Part shown: piece after piece, positions 26,899-36,213 of the stretch | How positions within the stretch are numbered: the first letter of the stretch is position 1 | Layout of the letters: each line of letters starts with the position of its first letter | From: an uncultured Eubacteriales bacterium | Lineage (GTDB): Bacteria; Bacillota; Clostridia; Oscillospirales; Acutalibacteraceae | NCBI GenBank assembly: GCA_964540415.1 | Contig: CAZIMM010000002.1 | Span: 2,932-66,931 of the forward strand | Reading direction: 5' to 3' | Length of the DNA stretch: 64,000 nt | Translations under genes and position numbers: made by a program | The notes under the pieces: generated by a model | The model's input: the letters and a program-made list of their open reading frames with translations, nothing else | The model's database searches: none | Told to the model about the DNA's origin: nothing

Positions 26899-28137
26899 TC
26901 ACTCTGCAGTCTCCGTCATTACTGCAGAATCAAAATCAAATGTAACCTCTCTGAATGTGCTCGGGTTGAAACAGAAAACAATATAATCCGGCGAGGTTTG
27001 AACGATATACTCTTTCAGGCTGTAATCACGCTGACCGCGCATATCAAAGCTGTCAACCTGTGAGCATATCAAAGACAAAAACGGCGCAAATGCACAGCCG
27101 AAGCTGTCCCGCACGAGAAGAATTTTTTTGCCATTTTTGCAAAGCCGGTTGATGATTTGAGTTTTTCCGCCGATGTCATAGCTGCCGTAAGAGTTTGTTG
27201 AAACACCGCCGACATTGAGCAGGCTTGTGTCAAGCAGCGCATCCTCAAAGCTGCCGGAGACAGTGCCTGCGCGCGGGAGACCTTGCGGACGTGTCACGGA
27301 GAAGGACGTTGAAAAATCCGGAGTCAGCAATTCAAAGTCGTCCGGCGTTGCGTAAAGGTATCCGACGCGTTTGCCGAGTGTCCCCATGAAGTTTTCTTTG
27401 CAGACAGTTGATTTATAGTTGGATATATTGAGAACCTGCTCATTAAAATCCAGGCCGTAACTGTCTCGCAGCTTTTGTGCCGTTTCAGCAAAAGCGAGAA
27501 AAGCACCGTGCGGTGTCCAGTGATGGTCCGTTCTGAAAAAATAATCATATGAGTTGAGCGACTGCCTGAGCATGACCTCTCTCATATCAATGCAGTCAAC
27601 TCCGGCTGCGTTTGCCGCTGCAAAAAAAGAGTCAAGATTCCGGTTTGAATAATCCCTAATTCCGCGCGGAAGCTGAGGATTGTTTGCGTCAATTTTATAA
27701 GGTGACGAGGTAAAAACAAGCGGGATGTCAAGGCTCTTTGCGAACTCGTTCAGGTCTGCAAGGTTTTCCGCAAATGGAACAAAGTCGGTTTCCGGAATAA
27801 GAAAAGTCAAATAGTCATTTTTGAGTCGGATAACGGTCTTTGTCGCATCCGCATCCTGAACGGTGTTTTTCATTGCAATGCGCTGAAGCCCGCCGTAAAA
27901 ATCAATATATTTGCTTTTCAGCGGAAAATCGTCAGCGTCCCGCACTCCGGCAACGCCCGCGCGTACACAGTAAACCACACGCTTCAGCGGGGTCCAGCTC
28001 ACGTCGTAGGCACTGTAATGGCTTTCGTAATCAATCAGATTTTTGGCAAGACAAATCCCGCCGGACAGAAAAATCATGATTGTGAACGCAACGGCAATAA
28101 TGCCCGTGCCGACACCGTTTTGTTTTTTCTCCGTCAT
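26899..28137 (-). CDS. DHHW-family (AlgX/AlgJ-like SGNH) protein, copy 2, intact, N-terminal membrane anchor
   Basis: The ATG at 28137 sits after GGAGAG. 412 aa: MTEKKQNGVGTGIIAVAFTIMIFLSGGICLAKN.. and ..FFRTDHHWTPHGAF... The 180-codon upstream extension in the ORF track overlaps the kinase gene in another frame and is rejected. Confidence 0.8.
   Translation of the reverse strand: MTEKKQNGVGTGIIAVAFTIMIFLSGGICLAKNLIDYESHYSAYDVSWTPLKRVVYCVRAGVAGVRDADDFPLKSKYIDFYGGLQRIAMKNTVQDADATKTVIRLKNDYLTFLIPETDFVPFAENLADLNEFAKSLDIPLVFTSSPYKIDANNPQLPRGIRDYSNRNLDSFFAAANAAGVDCIDMREVMLRQSLNSYDYFFRTDHHWTPHGAFLAFAETAQKLRDSYGLDFNEQVLNISNYKSTVCKENFMGTLGKRVGYLYATPDDFELLTPDFSTSFSVTRPQGLPRAGTVSGSFEDALLDTSLLNVGGVSTNSYGSYDIGGKTQIINRLCKNGKKILLVRDSFGCAFAPFLSLICSQVDSFDMRGQRDYSLKEYIVQTSPDYIVFCFNPSTFREVTFDFDSAVMTETAE
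27816..28104 (-). repeat. near-identical tract shared with 26535-26821 (5' region of DHHW copy 2)
   Basis: See the partner repeat. It covers codons GIIAV..TKTVIRLKN. Confidence 0.8.
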
Positions 28138-28153
28138 ATGTAACTCTCCGTTT

Positions 28154-29761
28154 TCAGCCGTTGAGCAGCTTGAAATTCTCTTTGTTTGATTTATAAAGCC
28201 TTTTGTAGACCTCATAATTCTTGTCGTAAACCGCTTTGACGGAGGCATCCGGCTGATAAACCGTGCTCGCCGGGACAAGCTTTTTCGCCTTGTCGAGGCT
28301 GTCAATAACACCGAGTCCGACAGCCATAACAACCGCCGCCCCGACGGAACCGACATTTTGCGGGTTTTCCACGGTTTCAACAACCTTGCCCGTGCAATCT
28401 GCGAGAATCTGGCAGGTGACCTCGGACAACGCTCCGCCGCCCACAAACCGAATGACCGGACTCGTTCTGGTTTTCTTCTCCTGAGTGTCAATGAACCAGC
28501 GCAGGTGGTAGCACACACCCTCAAGCACCGCGCGGATAAGCTCCGTTTTGCCTGTTTCGAGGCTGATGTTGAAGAACATACCGCGTGAGTTCGGGTCCTC
28601 AAACGGGCAGCGGTTGCCGTGCAGCCACGGGGTGAATATAACACCGTTGCAGCCCGGCACGACAGCTTCGATGACATGCGTCATGTAATCGTAAAGGCTT
28701 GTATAGACGCTTTCCGTGCTCTCGGCAACGTGTTCTTTTTTCAGATAAATCCCGATTTCGTCGAGCGCAAGATGATCCTTCACCCATTCCAGGCACTTTC
28801 CTGCGGTTTCAAGCTCGGCAAAATAGTTGTATTTGTTGTCCTGTGCGCCGACAATCGAGGCTATCATGGCGGTTGTGTCCACCATGCTCTTGTCCACAAC
28901 CGTGGAAACCCAACCTGAGGTGCCGGAATAGACGTGAGTGTCACCCAGCTCAACCGAGCCCGCACCGACCCCGATGAGCGAAGCGTCGCCGCCGCCGCCG
29001 AACACGGGAATTCCCTCACACAGCCCCAGCTCTGCCGCTGACTTTGCGGTGAGCCCGCCTATCATGTCGGTTGACCTTTTGATTTCGGGCAGGTGCGCCA
29101 TGTCAACACCGAGCATTGCGCAAATTTCGGGACTCCAGCAGTGCTTGCCTTCACGGATATCATAAAGCATTGTGGCAAATGCCGAATCGTGTGTCATCAC
29201 GAACTTTCCGGTCATTTTGCAGATGAAAAACTCCTTGACGTCAAGCCATTTGTATGTGCGGGCGAAATTCTCCGGCTCGTGCGCCTGAACCCATTTGTAT
29301 TTCCACACGGGATCCTTGACGCTTGCGGACACTGCACCTGTGTATTTCAGCGATTTGAGCAGCTTGAAAACATTTGCTCCGGCAATCTGAATGCCGTAAG
29401 CCATGCCCTCCTTGAGCTCCGCACGTGCGCGCTGGTCCATGTAGCTCATGGCATTGCGCACCGGTTCACCGTCTTTGTCAACGAGCACAAGCCCCTGCAT
29501 TTGGGAGCAGAAGGAGATGCCTGAGATGTCGGCGGCGGAAATGCCGTTGTGCTCCAGAACGTGCCTTGTGGTTTTGCAGACAGCCTCCCACCACTCGGCG
29601 GGTGACTGCTCCGCGGAGCCGTCGGGTGAGATATAGAGCTTGTAGCCCTCCATGGCGGAGGCGATAAGCTCAATGCGCTCACCGATGCTGAAAAGGCAGG
29701 TTTTAACTCCGGTTGTGCCGATGTCATAGGCGAGAACCGTTTTTGTTTTGTCAGTGCTCAT
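28154..29761 (-). CDS. FGGY-family carbohydrate kinase (xylulokinase-like; substrate unknown)
   Basis: 535 aa. The N-terminus VLAYDIGTTGVKTCLF and the later GGGDA / GGGA motifs are typical of FGGY kinases. Confidence 0.8.
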   Translation of the reverse strand: MSTDKTKTVLAYDIGTTGVKTCLFSIGERIELIASAMEGYKLYISPDGSAEQSPAEWWEAVCKTTRHVLEHNGISAADISGISFCSQMQGLVLVDKDGEPVRNAMSYMDQRARAELKEGMAYGIQIAGANVFKLLKSLKYTGAVSASVKDPVWKYKWVQAHEPENFARTYKWLDVKEFFICKMTGKFVMTHDSAFATMLYDIREGKHCWSPEICAMLGVDMAHLPEIKRSTDMIGGLTAKSAAELGLCEGIPVFGGGGDASLIGVGAGSVELGDTHVYSGTSGWVSTVVDKSMVDTTAMIASIVGAQDNKYNYFAELETAGKCLEWVKDHLALDEIGIYLKKEHVAESTESVYTSLYDYMTHVIEAVVPGCNGVIFTPWLHGNRCPFEDPNSRGMFFNISLETGKTELIRAVLEGVCYHLRWFIDTQEKKTRTSPVIRFVGGGALSEVTCQILADCTGKVVETVENPQNVGSVGAAVVMAVGLGVIDSLDKAKKLVPASTVYQPDASVKAVYDKNYEVYKRLYKSNKENFKLLNG

Positions 29762-29791
29762 GCAATCAGTCCTTTATTAAGAAAAATATAC

Positions 29792-29820
29792 TTGAAAAAA
29801 GTCACGCGGTAGGCTATAAT
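29792..29820 (+). promoter_or_regulatory. sigma-A type promoter (TTGAAA-17-TATAAT)
   Basis: TTGAAA at 29792-29797, 17-nt spacer, TATAAT at 29815-29820. It is about 27 nt upstream of the ATG at 29848. Confidence 0.6.
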
Positions 29821-29847
29821 ATGTTAAATCGAAAGGATGTGGACAGG

Positions 29848-30810
29848 ATGTTTAAAAAGCTGACGGCTTTGTTGCTTGCCGTTTTTTTGACGGCTCTGTG
29901 TGCCTGTTCCCGGAACGAACACACCGCTTTGACTGTTGCCGGCGCAGAACTTAACACCGGGATTTACTCATACTATCTTGACACGGTGAATTCCTTTCCC
30001 ACTGATTACGATATCGTGACCGTTGAGGATTCCGTGATAATAGAAAAAGCAAGAGAGCTGTGCACCCGTTATGTCGCAATCGAAACGATTTATTCCGAGC
30101 TGATGAACGGAGGCGTTGATCTGACGCTGACAACCGAGGAAAAGGGCGAGGTGTCGGACAGTGCCAACAGCCTGTGGCGGCTTATGCAAACCTATTATGA
30201 GGAAAAAGGCATTGAAAAAAAGCACATAACTCAAATCAAAACAAACGAGATGAAGCTCCGCCGGCTTCTGCACTATTATTTTGACACAGACGGTGAATTC
30301 CCCACAACCGAGGCGGAAATCAAAAAATACTTTGACGCAAACTATGTGTCGTTCAAATCCGTCAACGGTTATCTGACAGATACCGATGCGCAGGGGAATT
30401 CTTATATTCTGACAGGGGACAACAAACTGCTCATCGAGGAAAAATTCAAGAAGATGCTTGAGAATGTCAAGAACGGCACTCCGATTGAAACGGTGGACGA
30501 CAGCGCAAGTGCGGACGAAATATTCATTTCAAAGGACAATTCCGCGTTCCCATCCGGTTTTTTTGATTTTGTCGCCGGGCTGGATTACGAAACGCCGGAT
30601 ATCTTTGAAAGTGACGAAAATATTTTCCTTGTCCAGCGCACGGACGCGGACTCCGGCGAAAACAGCTATTATGACAACCTGCGCTCCGATTGCCTCAACG
30701 CCCTGAAGGGCAGCTTCCTTGAAACATTGCTTGAAACGCGCAGCGCCGATTATGTTGTGACCGCCGACGAAAAATATGCCGCAAAATGCGAGAAAATCGT
30801 TTTGCGATAA
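29848..30810 (+). CDS. hypothetical lipoprotein
   Basis: The ATG at 29848 gives MFKKLTALLLAVFLTALCAC (lipobox-like L-C-A-C). 320 aa, helical and acidic, possibly a SurA-N-like chaperone fold (weak). The ORF-track start at 29713 lies inside the divergent kinase gene. Confidence 0.55.
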   Translation: MFKKLTALLLAVFLTALCACSRNEHTALTVAGAELNTGIYSYYLDTVNSFPTDYDIVTVEDSVIIEKARELCTRYVAIETIYSELMNGGVDLTLTTEEKGEVSDSANSLWRLMQTYYEEKGIEKKHITQIKTNEMKLRRLLHYYFDTDGEFPTTEAEIKKYFDANYVSFKSVNGYLTDTDAQGNSYILTGDNKLLIEEKFKKMLENVKNGTPIETVDDSASADEIFISKDNSAFPSGFFDFVAGLDYETPDIFESDENIFLVQRTDADSGENSYYDNLRSDCLNALKGSFLETLLETRSADYVVTADEKYAAKCEKIVLR

Positions 30811-30828
30811 GTGCAGTTAAGACGGCTT

Positions 30829-31479
30829 TTATCCCATCGTTTCCTGTTTGGTTTTATGGTCGATAACATGGCGTGATGCAAGCTCCGATTTGATTTCATC
30901 CACCGTGATTCCGCTTTCAACCATGAGCACCATAACATGGTAGCACAAGTCGGCAATCTCATAAACGGTTTCCTCTTTGCTGTTCTTCATGGCACCGATG
31001 ATGACCTCTGTGCATTCCTCGCCGACCTTTTTGAGAATCTTTTCTTTGCCCTTTTCAAAAAGATAGGTGGTGTAACTGCCTTGCGGACGCATACGGTTTC
31101 TCTGCTCGAGCAGGGAATACAGCGACTCAAGAGTGAAACGGTTCACTGAGCCGTCACGGAAAATTTCATCGTTAAAACAGCTTTCGGTCCCCTTGTGACA
31201 AGCGGGGCCGTCTTTTATTACCTCAACAACAAGCGAATCAAAATCGCAGTCCGCCGTGATTGCAACCACGTGCTGAACATTGCCGCTTGTCTCGCCCTTC
31301 CTCCAGAGCACACGGCGGCTTCTTGAGAAAAAGCAGGTTCGCTTCTCCTCAAGAGTTATTTCAAGGCTTTCCCTGTTCATGTAGGCGACGGTGAGAACCT
31401 CTCTCGTGAAGAAATCCTGCACAACCGCCGGGATAAGTCCGTTTTCGTCAAATTTAAGTTTTGAAACAAGCTCGTGCAT
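30829..31479 (-). CDS. hisI: bifunctional phosphoribosyl-AMP cyclohydrolase / phosphoribosyl-ATP pyrophosphatase
   Basis: 216 aa. The HisI part is ..GLIPAVVQD..VLTVAYMN..SRSR..LW.KGETSGN.Q. The C-terminal part is HisE-like (MazG-like). Confidence 0.9.
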   Translation of the reverse strand: MHELVSKLKFDENGLIPAVVQDFFTREVLTVAYMNRESLEITLEEKRTCFFSRSRRVLWRKGETSGNVQHVVAITADCDFDSLVVEVIKDGPACHKGTESCFNDEIFRDGSVNRFTLESLYSLLEQRNRMRPQGSYTTYLFEKGKEKILKKVGEECTEVIIGAMKNSKEETVYEIADLCYHVMVLMVESGITVDEIKSELASRHVIDHKTKQETMG

Positions 31480-31506
31480 ACTGCTCTCCTAAAATGTTTT
31501 TTTGGC

Positions 31507-32262
31507 TTACAGCCTGACGTTTACGCCGTTTGCGGCGAGATACGCCTTCAAATCGGATATTTCAACCTCGCGGAAGTGGAAGATGGACGCGGCAAGCCCA
31601 GCGTCAATGCCGTCCAGCCGGAACAGCTCGAGAAAGTCCTCGATTTTTCCCGCTCCGCCGGAGGCGATTATCGGCACGTTGACCCTCTTTGCAATTTCCG
31701 CAAGCAGCTCCAGGTCGAAGCCGTTTTTAACTCCGTCTGTGTCAATGCTGTTGACAACAAGCTCTCCCGCTCCGTTTTCCGCGCCCATGTGTGCCCATTC
31801 AAGCGCATCAATGCCCGTGTCCTCACGTCCGCCTTTGGAAAAAATGTGAAAACTGCCGTCCACCCGCGCGATGTCCATTGAAAGAACAACGCATTGGTCG
31901 CCGTATTTTTTTGCCGCCTCTCCGATGAGGGACGGATTTTTTATTGCCCCGGAGTTGACGCTGACCTTGTCGGCACCCGCCTTGAGCACACGGTCAAAAT
32001 CGTCGAGGGAGTTTATGCTCCCGCCCACAGTCAGGGGAATGAATATTTCCGCCGCAACGCGCTCAAGCACGTTTGTGAACAGCGGACGCTTCTCGAAGGT
32101 TGCTGTGATGTCGTAAAAAACCAGCTCGTCCGCTCCTGCTGAATTGTAAATACGGGCAAGCGCGACGGGGTCCTCCACGTCGCGCACACCCTTGAAATTT
32201 TTGCCTTTGACGACTCTTCCGTCACGGATATCCAGGCAGGGTATAATCCTTTTGGTTGTCAC
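31507..32262 (-). CDS. hisF: imidazole glycerol phosphate synthase cyclase subunit HisF
   Basis: ..KRIIPCLDIRDGRVVKG.. is canonical. The likely start is the GTG at 32262 (GGAGGG 7 nt upstream), giving M-TTKRIIPCLD and a GTGA overlap with the upstream stop. The ATG at 32277 called by the ORF track has no SD. Confidence 0.9.
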   Translation of the reverse strand: MTTKRIIPCLDIRDGRVVKGKNFKGVRDVEDPVALARIYNSAGADELVFYDITATFEKRPLFTNVLERVAAEIFIPLTVGGSINSLDDFDRVLKAGADKVSVNSGAIKNPSLIGEAAKKYGDQCVVLSMDIARVDGSFHIFSKGGREDTGIDALEWAHMGAENGAGELVVNSIDTDGVKNGFDLELLAEIAKRVNVPIIASGGAGKIEDFLELFRLDGIDAGLAASIFHFREVEISDLKAYLAANGVNVRL

Positions 32263-34139
32263 CACTTGACCCTCCATTTTGACGGAATGCTTGTAAAGTC
32301 CGGATTCGGGTCAAGCTTTCCGCCGTCACCCTCGCATATGCGTGCAATGCCGAACTTCACAAGGTCGTTATAGAACTCCTCATTGGCGGAAATCCAGTTG
32401 TCCTTCTTTTGCAGACGGGAGAACTCGGACCTTTTGTTGCACGCCTTCCAATATCTCCATGAAAGCTCCGAACGGCAAACATGCTCAAGCACTGCCGGAG
32501 TGTCTGCAAGCTCCTTAGCCTTCACCCAAAGGTTGTTGAGATAATCAATTTCATATTTGTTGAGGTCAAGAACGGATTTGTCCGTCATCGGGCGGTAAAT
32601 CGTCATGTGGCGGTTGCAAAGCCCGGTTTGCGTTCCGGTGTAGCGGACATATTCCTTGACGTACTGCCAACCTTCGCCGTAATAAGCCTGCATGAAGCCG
32701 TTGATTTCCGCGTCGAGGTCGATATTTGGATTCCACATCAGCTTTGCGAGGAGGTATGCGCGAAGCTCTGCAAACTCGGCGTCACTGTCGGATGCCGTGT
32801 AGTTGCCCTCCTCATACAGGCCGACAACACTGTTCTCGGCAAAGAACTTGATGTTTGCCTGAAGCACCTGAAAGTCCGGGAACGGGCCGATGTAGTTTCC
32901 GTAATTTGTGGTGTAGTCCCAGACATACAAACGGTTGGAAATGCGCGCCCAATCCTCAAGGTCGGCGCAAAAATCAACATTCTGGGCACAGTCCGGATCA
33001 TTAAGAGGATGTGCGAAGCAGCACTCAATCGAGCAAAGGCGAACAATAACATTGTCGCGCGGCACGGTGGTTTTCGGTGCCTTGCGGGTGTATTGATAGG
33101 CAAAGGTGTCAATGGCAACATCATCGTAGCCCGCCTGCTTCACCGCATCGGCAATGCTGTTGACAAAGCGGATCATCGTCCCGGAGTGGGAGCCTTCCTC
33201 ATCATCAATAGCCTTGCACTTTTCACAGCGGCAGTAATCCTGATTGTCGTGCTGAGTGACGGAAACAATCTGATTTTCGGGGTAATCCTTAATCTGCTGA
33301 ATGACCTCTTTAATGATTATGTTCAGCACATCTGGGTTTGTCAGGCAGAGCTGGTTCGGTGAACGCTTGCCGTCCGACTGAAGTGCGTAGTATTCCGGAT
33401 TCGTCGCAAAATATTTTGACGAGGCAACGAAGCGTGTGGTGAGGGTATGTGCAAAGCCGGAGCCGGTGTAGCCCATGGAGCCTCCGTTTTCTGCAGAAAG
33501 ATAACGGTAGATGTTGCTGTTGAGCTTGTTAGCAACAGAATAGGCAACGTTTTTCGGGCTGATCCAGTCGGTTTCACGGTACTCCAGAGGGCTTTTCTCT
33601 GAAACATTCAGATTTTTTGCAATTTCAACCTTGTTTTTCTCCGGCACAACAATCAGGTCCTTTGTGTACCACTTGCAGCCGAGCTGTTCCTCAAGGAAGC
33701 AATAGACGCCGTACAGAACGCCTCTTTTTGCCCCGCCGAGGAACACAAGAGCGTTGCCGGAGGTGAAATAATGAACCTCCTCAACGCCGTAGGCTATGTC
33801 AGCCGCAGGATATGAAACACCTGCACGGTTGGTGGGGCCGACAAGGATTTCCTTTTGAGCAACGGCGGTTTCATCGGTGACAACGGCGAGCGTTGTGCCG
33901 CTGATTCTCTGAAGATAATTCTGAAGGGTTGCTGCCGCGGTGACAACGCTCGGAGAAGCGTCTGCCGCGCGAACAATTACATAGTCGCTTGAGTTGTTTT
34001 CAATGAGAGTCATCATTTCGGTTTCCTCCTGCACCGGGGGATTAATTTCCGCCGGAACAAACGGGGTGAGCGGGTGGGGGATTATGCCTGCCAGAAATGT
34101 GATAACCGCGGTGAAAAAAGCCGTGATCTTTGCAACCAT
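32259..34139 (-). CDS. DUF4838-like protein (glycoside-hydrolase-like fold), N-terminal membrane anchor
   Basis: 626 aa. Anchor MVAKITAFFTAVITFLAGII. The motifs ..NPEYYAL....QLCLTNPDV.. and a CRCEKC cluster match DUF4838 proteins as I remember them. Confidence 0.55.
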   Translation of the reverse strand: MVAKITAFFTAVITFLAGIIPHPLTPFVPAEINPPVQEETEMMTLIENNSSDYVIVRAADASPSVVTAAATLQNYLQRISGTTLAVVTDETAVAQKEILVGPTNRAGVSYPAADIAYGVEEVHYFTSGNALVFLGGAKRGVLYGVYCFLEEQLGCKWYTKDLIVVPEKNKVEIAKNLNVSEKSPLEYRETDWISPKNVAYSVANKLNSNIYRYLSAENGGSMGYTGSGFAHTLTTRFVASSKYFATNPEYYALQSDGKRSPNQLCLTNPDVLNIIIKEVIQQIKDYPENQIVSVTQHDNQDYCRCEKCKAIDDEEGSHSGTMIRFVNSIADAVKQAGYDDVAIDTFAYQYTRKAPKTTVPRDNVIVRLCSIECCFAHPLNDPDCAQNVDFCADLEDWARISNRLYVWDYTTNYGNYIGPFPDFQVLQANIKFFAENSVVGLYEEGNYTASDSDAEFAELRAYLLAKLMWNPNIDLDAEINGFMQAYYGEGWQYVKEYVRYTGTQTGLCNRHMTIYRPMTDKSVLDLNKYEIDYLNNLWVKAKELADTPAVLEHVCRSELSWRYWKACNKRSEFSRLQKKDNWISANEEFYNDLVKFGIARICEGDGGKLDPNPDFTSIPSKWRVKW

Positions 34140-34202
34140 TCAAAACACCCTTTCGGATTTTTATTGACTTGCTCAGAGTACAGGTTTTGAATTCCGGACA
34201 CT

Positions 34203-36014
34203 TTACTCATCGTCGAGCTTGAGTACCGCCATGAATGCCTCCTGCGGCACCTCAACGCTGCCGAACTGCCTCATGCGCTTTTTGCCTTCTTTTTGTTTTT
34301 CAAGAAGCTTTTTCTTGCGGGTAATATCGCCGCCGTAGCATTTTGCAAGCACGTCCTTGCGCATTGCCTTGACTGTTTCGCGCGCAATGACCTTGCCGCC
34401 GATTGCAAGCTGAATCGGAATCTCGAACATCTGGCGCGGGATATTGTCCTTGAGCTTTTCCGCAATGCGCCTTGCTCTGGGGTATGCCTTGTCGGAATGG
34501 AGAATGAAGGAGAGTGCGTCCACAATGTCGCCGTTGAGAAGCACGTCAAGCTTTACAAGGTTTGAACGCGCGTAGCCCGCAAGCTCATAGTCAAAGGAGG
34601 CGTAGCCTTTTGTGCGGGATTTGAGCGAATCGAAAAAGTCGTATATTATTTCGTTGAGCGGAAGCTCATAGTTGATGTCAACACGGTCGGGTGTGATGTA
34701 GGTCATGTCCTTGAACACACCGCGCCTGTCCTGACACAGATCCATTATCGCGCCGACGTAATCGGGCGGAGAATAGATGTGCGAATTTGTCATCGGCTCC
34801 TCGGAAAAGTCAATGAGGGCGGGGTCAGGATAATGCGTCGGGTTGTCAATTTCAACAACGCTGCCGTCGGTGAGATGGATTTTGTATATAACGCTCGGTA
34901 CGGTTGTAACAAGGTCAAGGTCGTATTCGCGCTCAAGCCGTTCCTGAATGATTTCCAAGTGAAGCAGGCCGAGAAAGCCGCAGCGGAAGCCGAAGCCGAG
35001 AGCACCGGAGGTCTCCGGCTCATATGAAAGCGAGGCATCGTTGAGCTGAAGCTTTTCGAGTGCGTCGCGGAGGTTCTCATAGTCCGCGCCGTCCGCCGGA
35101 TAAACTCCGCAGAAAACCATCGGCTGAACCTTGCGGTAGCCCGGCAGAGGCTCGGCGGCGGGATTGGAGGCGTTTGTTACGGTGTCGCCGACGCGTGCGT
35201 CTCCGACTGTTTTGATGGACGCGGTGATGTAGCCGACTTCGCCCGCCGAAAGCTGTTCACACGGCTCCATTGAGGTTGCTCGCATGTAGCCGACTTCAAC
35301 AACGCCGAACTCTGCACCCGTTGCCATCATGTGCATGGTGTCACCCGCGCGCAGAGTGCCCTGGATAACGCGGACATACACTATGACACCCTTATAGCTG
35401 TCATAAATCGAATCGAAAATCAGCGCCTTGAGCGGTGCGCTGTCGTCCGCTTTCGGCGCGGGAATATCGCTGACAATGCGTTCGAGAACCTGCTCGACAT
35501 TCTCTCCGGTTTTTGCGGAAATTCGGGGAGCGCTTGAACAGTCCAGCCCGATGACATCCTCAACCTCAGCCGCGACCCTGTCGGGATCTGCTGCGGGAAG
35601 ATCGATTTTGTTGATGACGGGCACAATTTCAAGGTTGTGGTCGAGCGCGAGATATGTGTTGGCAAGTGTCTGCGCTTCAACACCCTGCGATGCGTCGACA
35701 ATCAGCAGCGCACCCTCGCACGCGGCGAGCGAACGCGAAACCTCATAGTTGAAATCGACATGGCCGGGAGTATCAATCAGGTTGAGAATATACTCGTTGC
35801 CGTCGGCAGCTTTGTAGTTGAGCTTGACGGCGTGTGCTTTGATTGTGATTCCGCGTTCACGCTCAAGGTCCATTTTGTCGAGCAGCTGCGCTGTCATGTC
35901 GCGAAGGGCGACTGACTGCGTGAGTTCCAGAAGCCTGTCCGCGAGAGTGGACTTGCCGTGGTCAATGTGAGCAATGATGCAGAAATTGCGTATGTTTTCT
36001 TTGGGTACAGACAA
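34203..36014 (-). CDS. lepA: translation elongation factor 4 (LepA)
   Basis: The TTG at 36014 sits 5 nt after GAGGTGA, giving [28 protein letters not shown]... The ORF-track start at 36059 is upstream of the SD. Confidence 0.95.
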   Translation of the reverse strand: MSVPKENIRNFCIIAHIDHGKSTLADRLLELTQSVALRDMTAQLLDKMDLERERGITIKAHAVKLNYKAADGNEYILNLIDTPGHVDFNYEVSRSLAACEGALLIVDASQGVEAQTLANTYLALDHNLEIVPVINKIDLPAADPDRVAAEVEDVIGLDCSSAPRISAKTGENVEQVLERIVSDIPAPKADDSAPLKALIFDSIYDSYKGVIVYVRVIQGTLRAGDTMHMMATGAEFGVVEVGYMRATSMEPCEQLSAGEVGYITASIKTVGDARVGDTVTNASNPAAEPLPGYRKVQPMVFCGVYPADGADYENLRDALEKLQLNDASLSYEPETSGALGFGFRCGFLGLLHLEIIQERLEREYDLDLVTTVPSVIYKIHLTDGSVVEIDNPTHYPDPALIDFSEEPMTNSHIYSPPDYVGAIMDLCQDRRGVFKDMTYITPDRVDINYELPLNEIIYDFFDSLKSRTKGYASFDYELAGYARSNLVKLDVLLNGDIVDALSFILHSDKAYPRARRIAEKLKDNIPRQMFEIPIQLAIGGKVIARETVKAMRKDVLAKCYGGDITRKKKLLEKQKEGKKRMRQFGSVEVPQEAFMAVLKLDDE

Positions 36015-36213
36015 AAATATCACCTCATGGGCGTGAAAATAAAAATACTGCTCAAACAAAAATAAATATATTATATTATATCAAAACACACATACGAATG
36101 CAAGAGCGAAAAAAGCCTTTTCTTATCATATTTTATATATCAACATATTGAATAATTTTGTCGGATATGCTACACTTTTCCTATATGTATTACATACTGC
36201 GGAGATGATGTGA

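Noticed and set aside
28138-28677. A 180-codon N-terminal extension of the DHHW copy 2 ORF (the ORF track lists 26899..28677, 592 aa).
   Set aside because: The extension runs through the 3' part of the FGGY kinase gene in another frame and is Arg/Ser/Thr/Cys-rich. The paralog alignment and a GGAGAG SD place the real start at the ATG at 28137.
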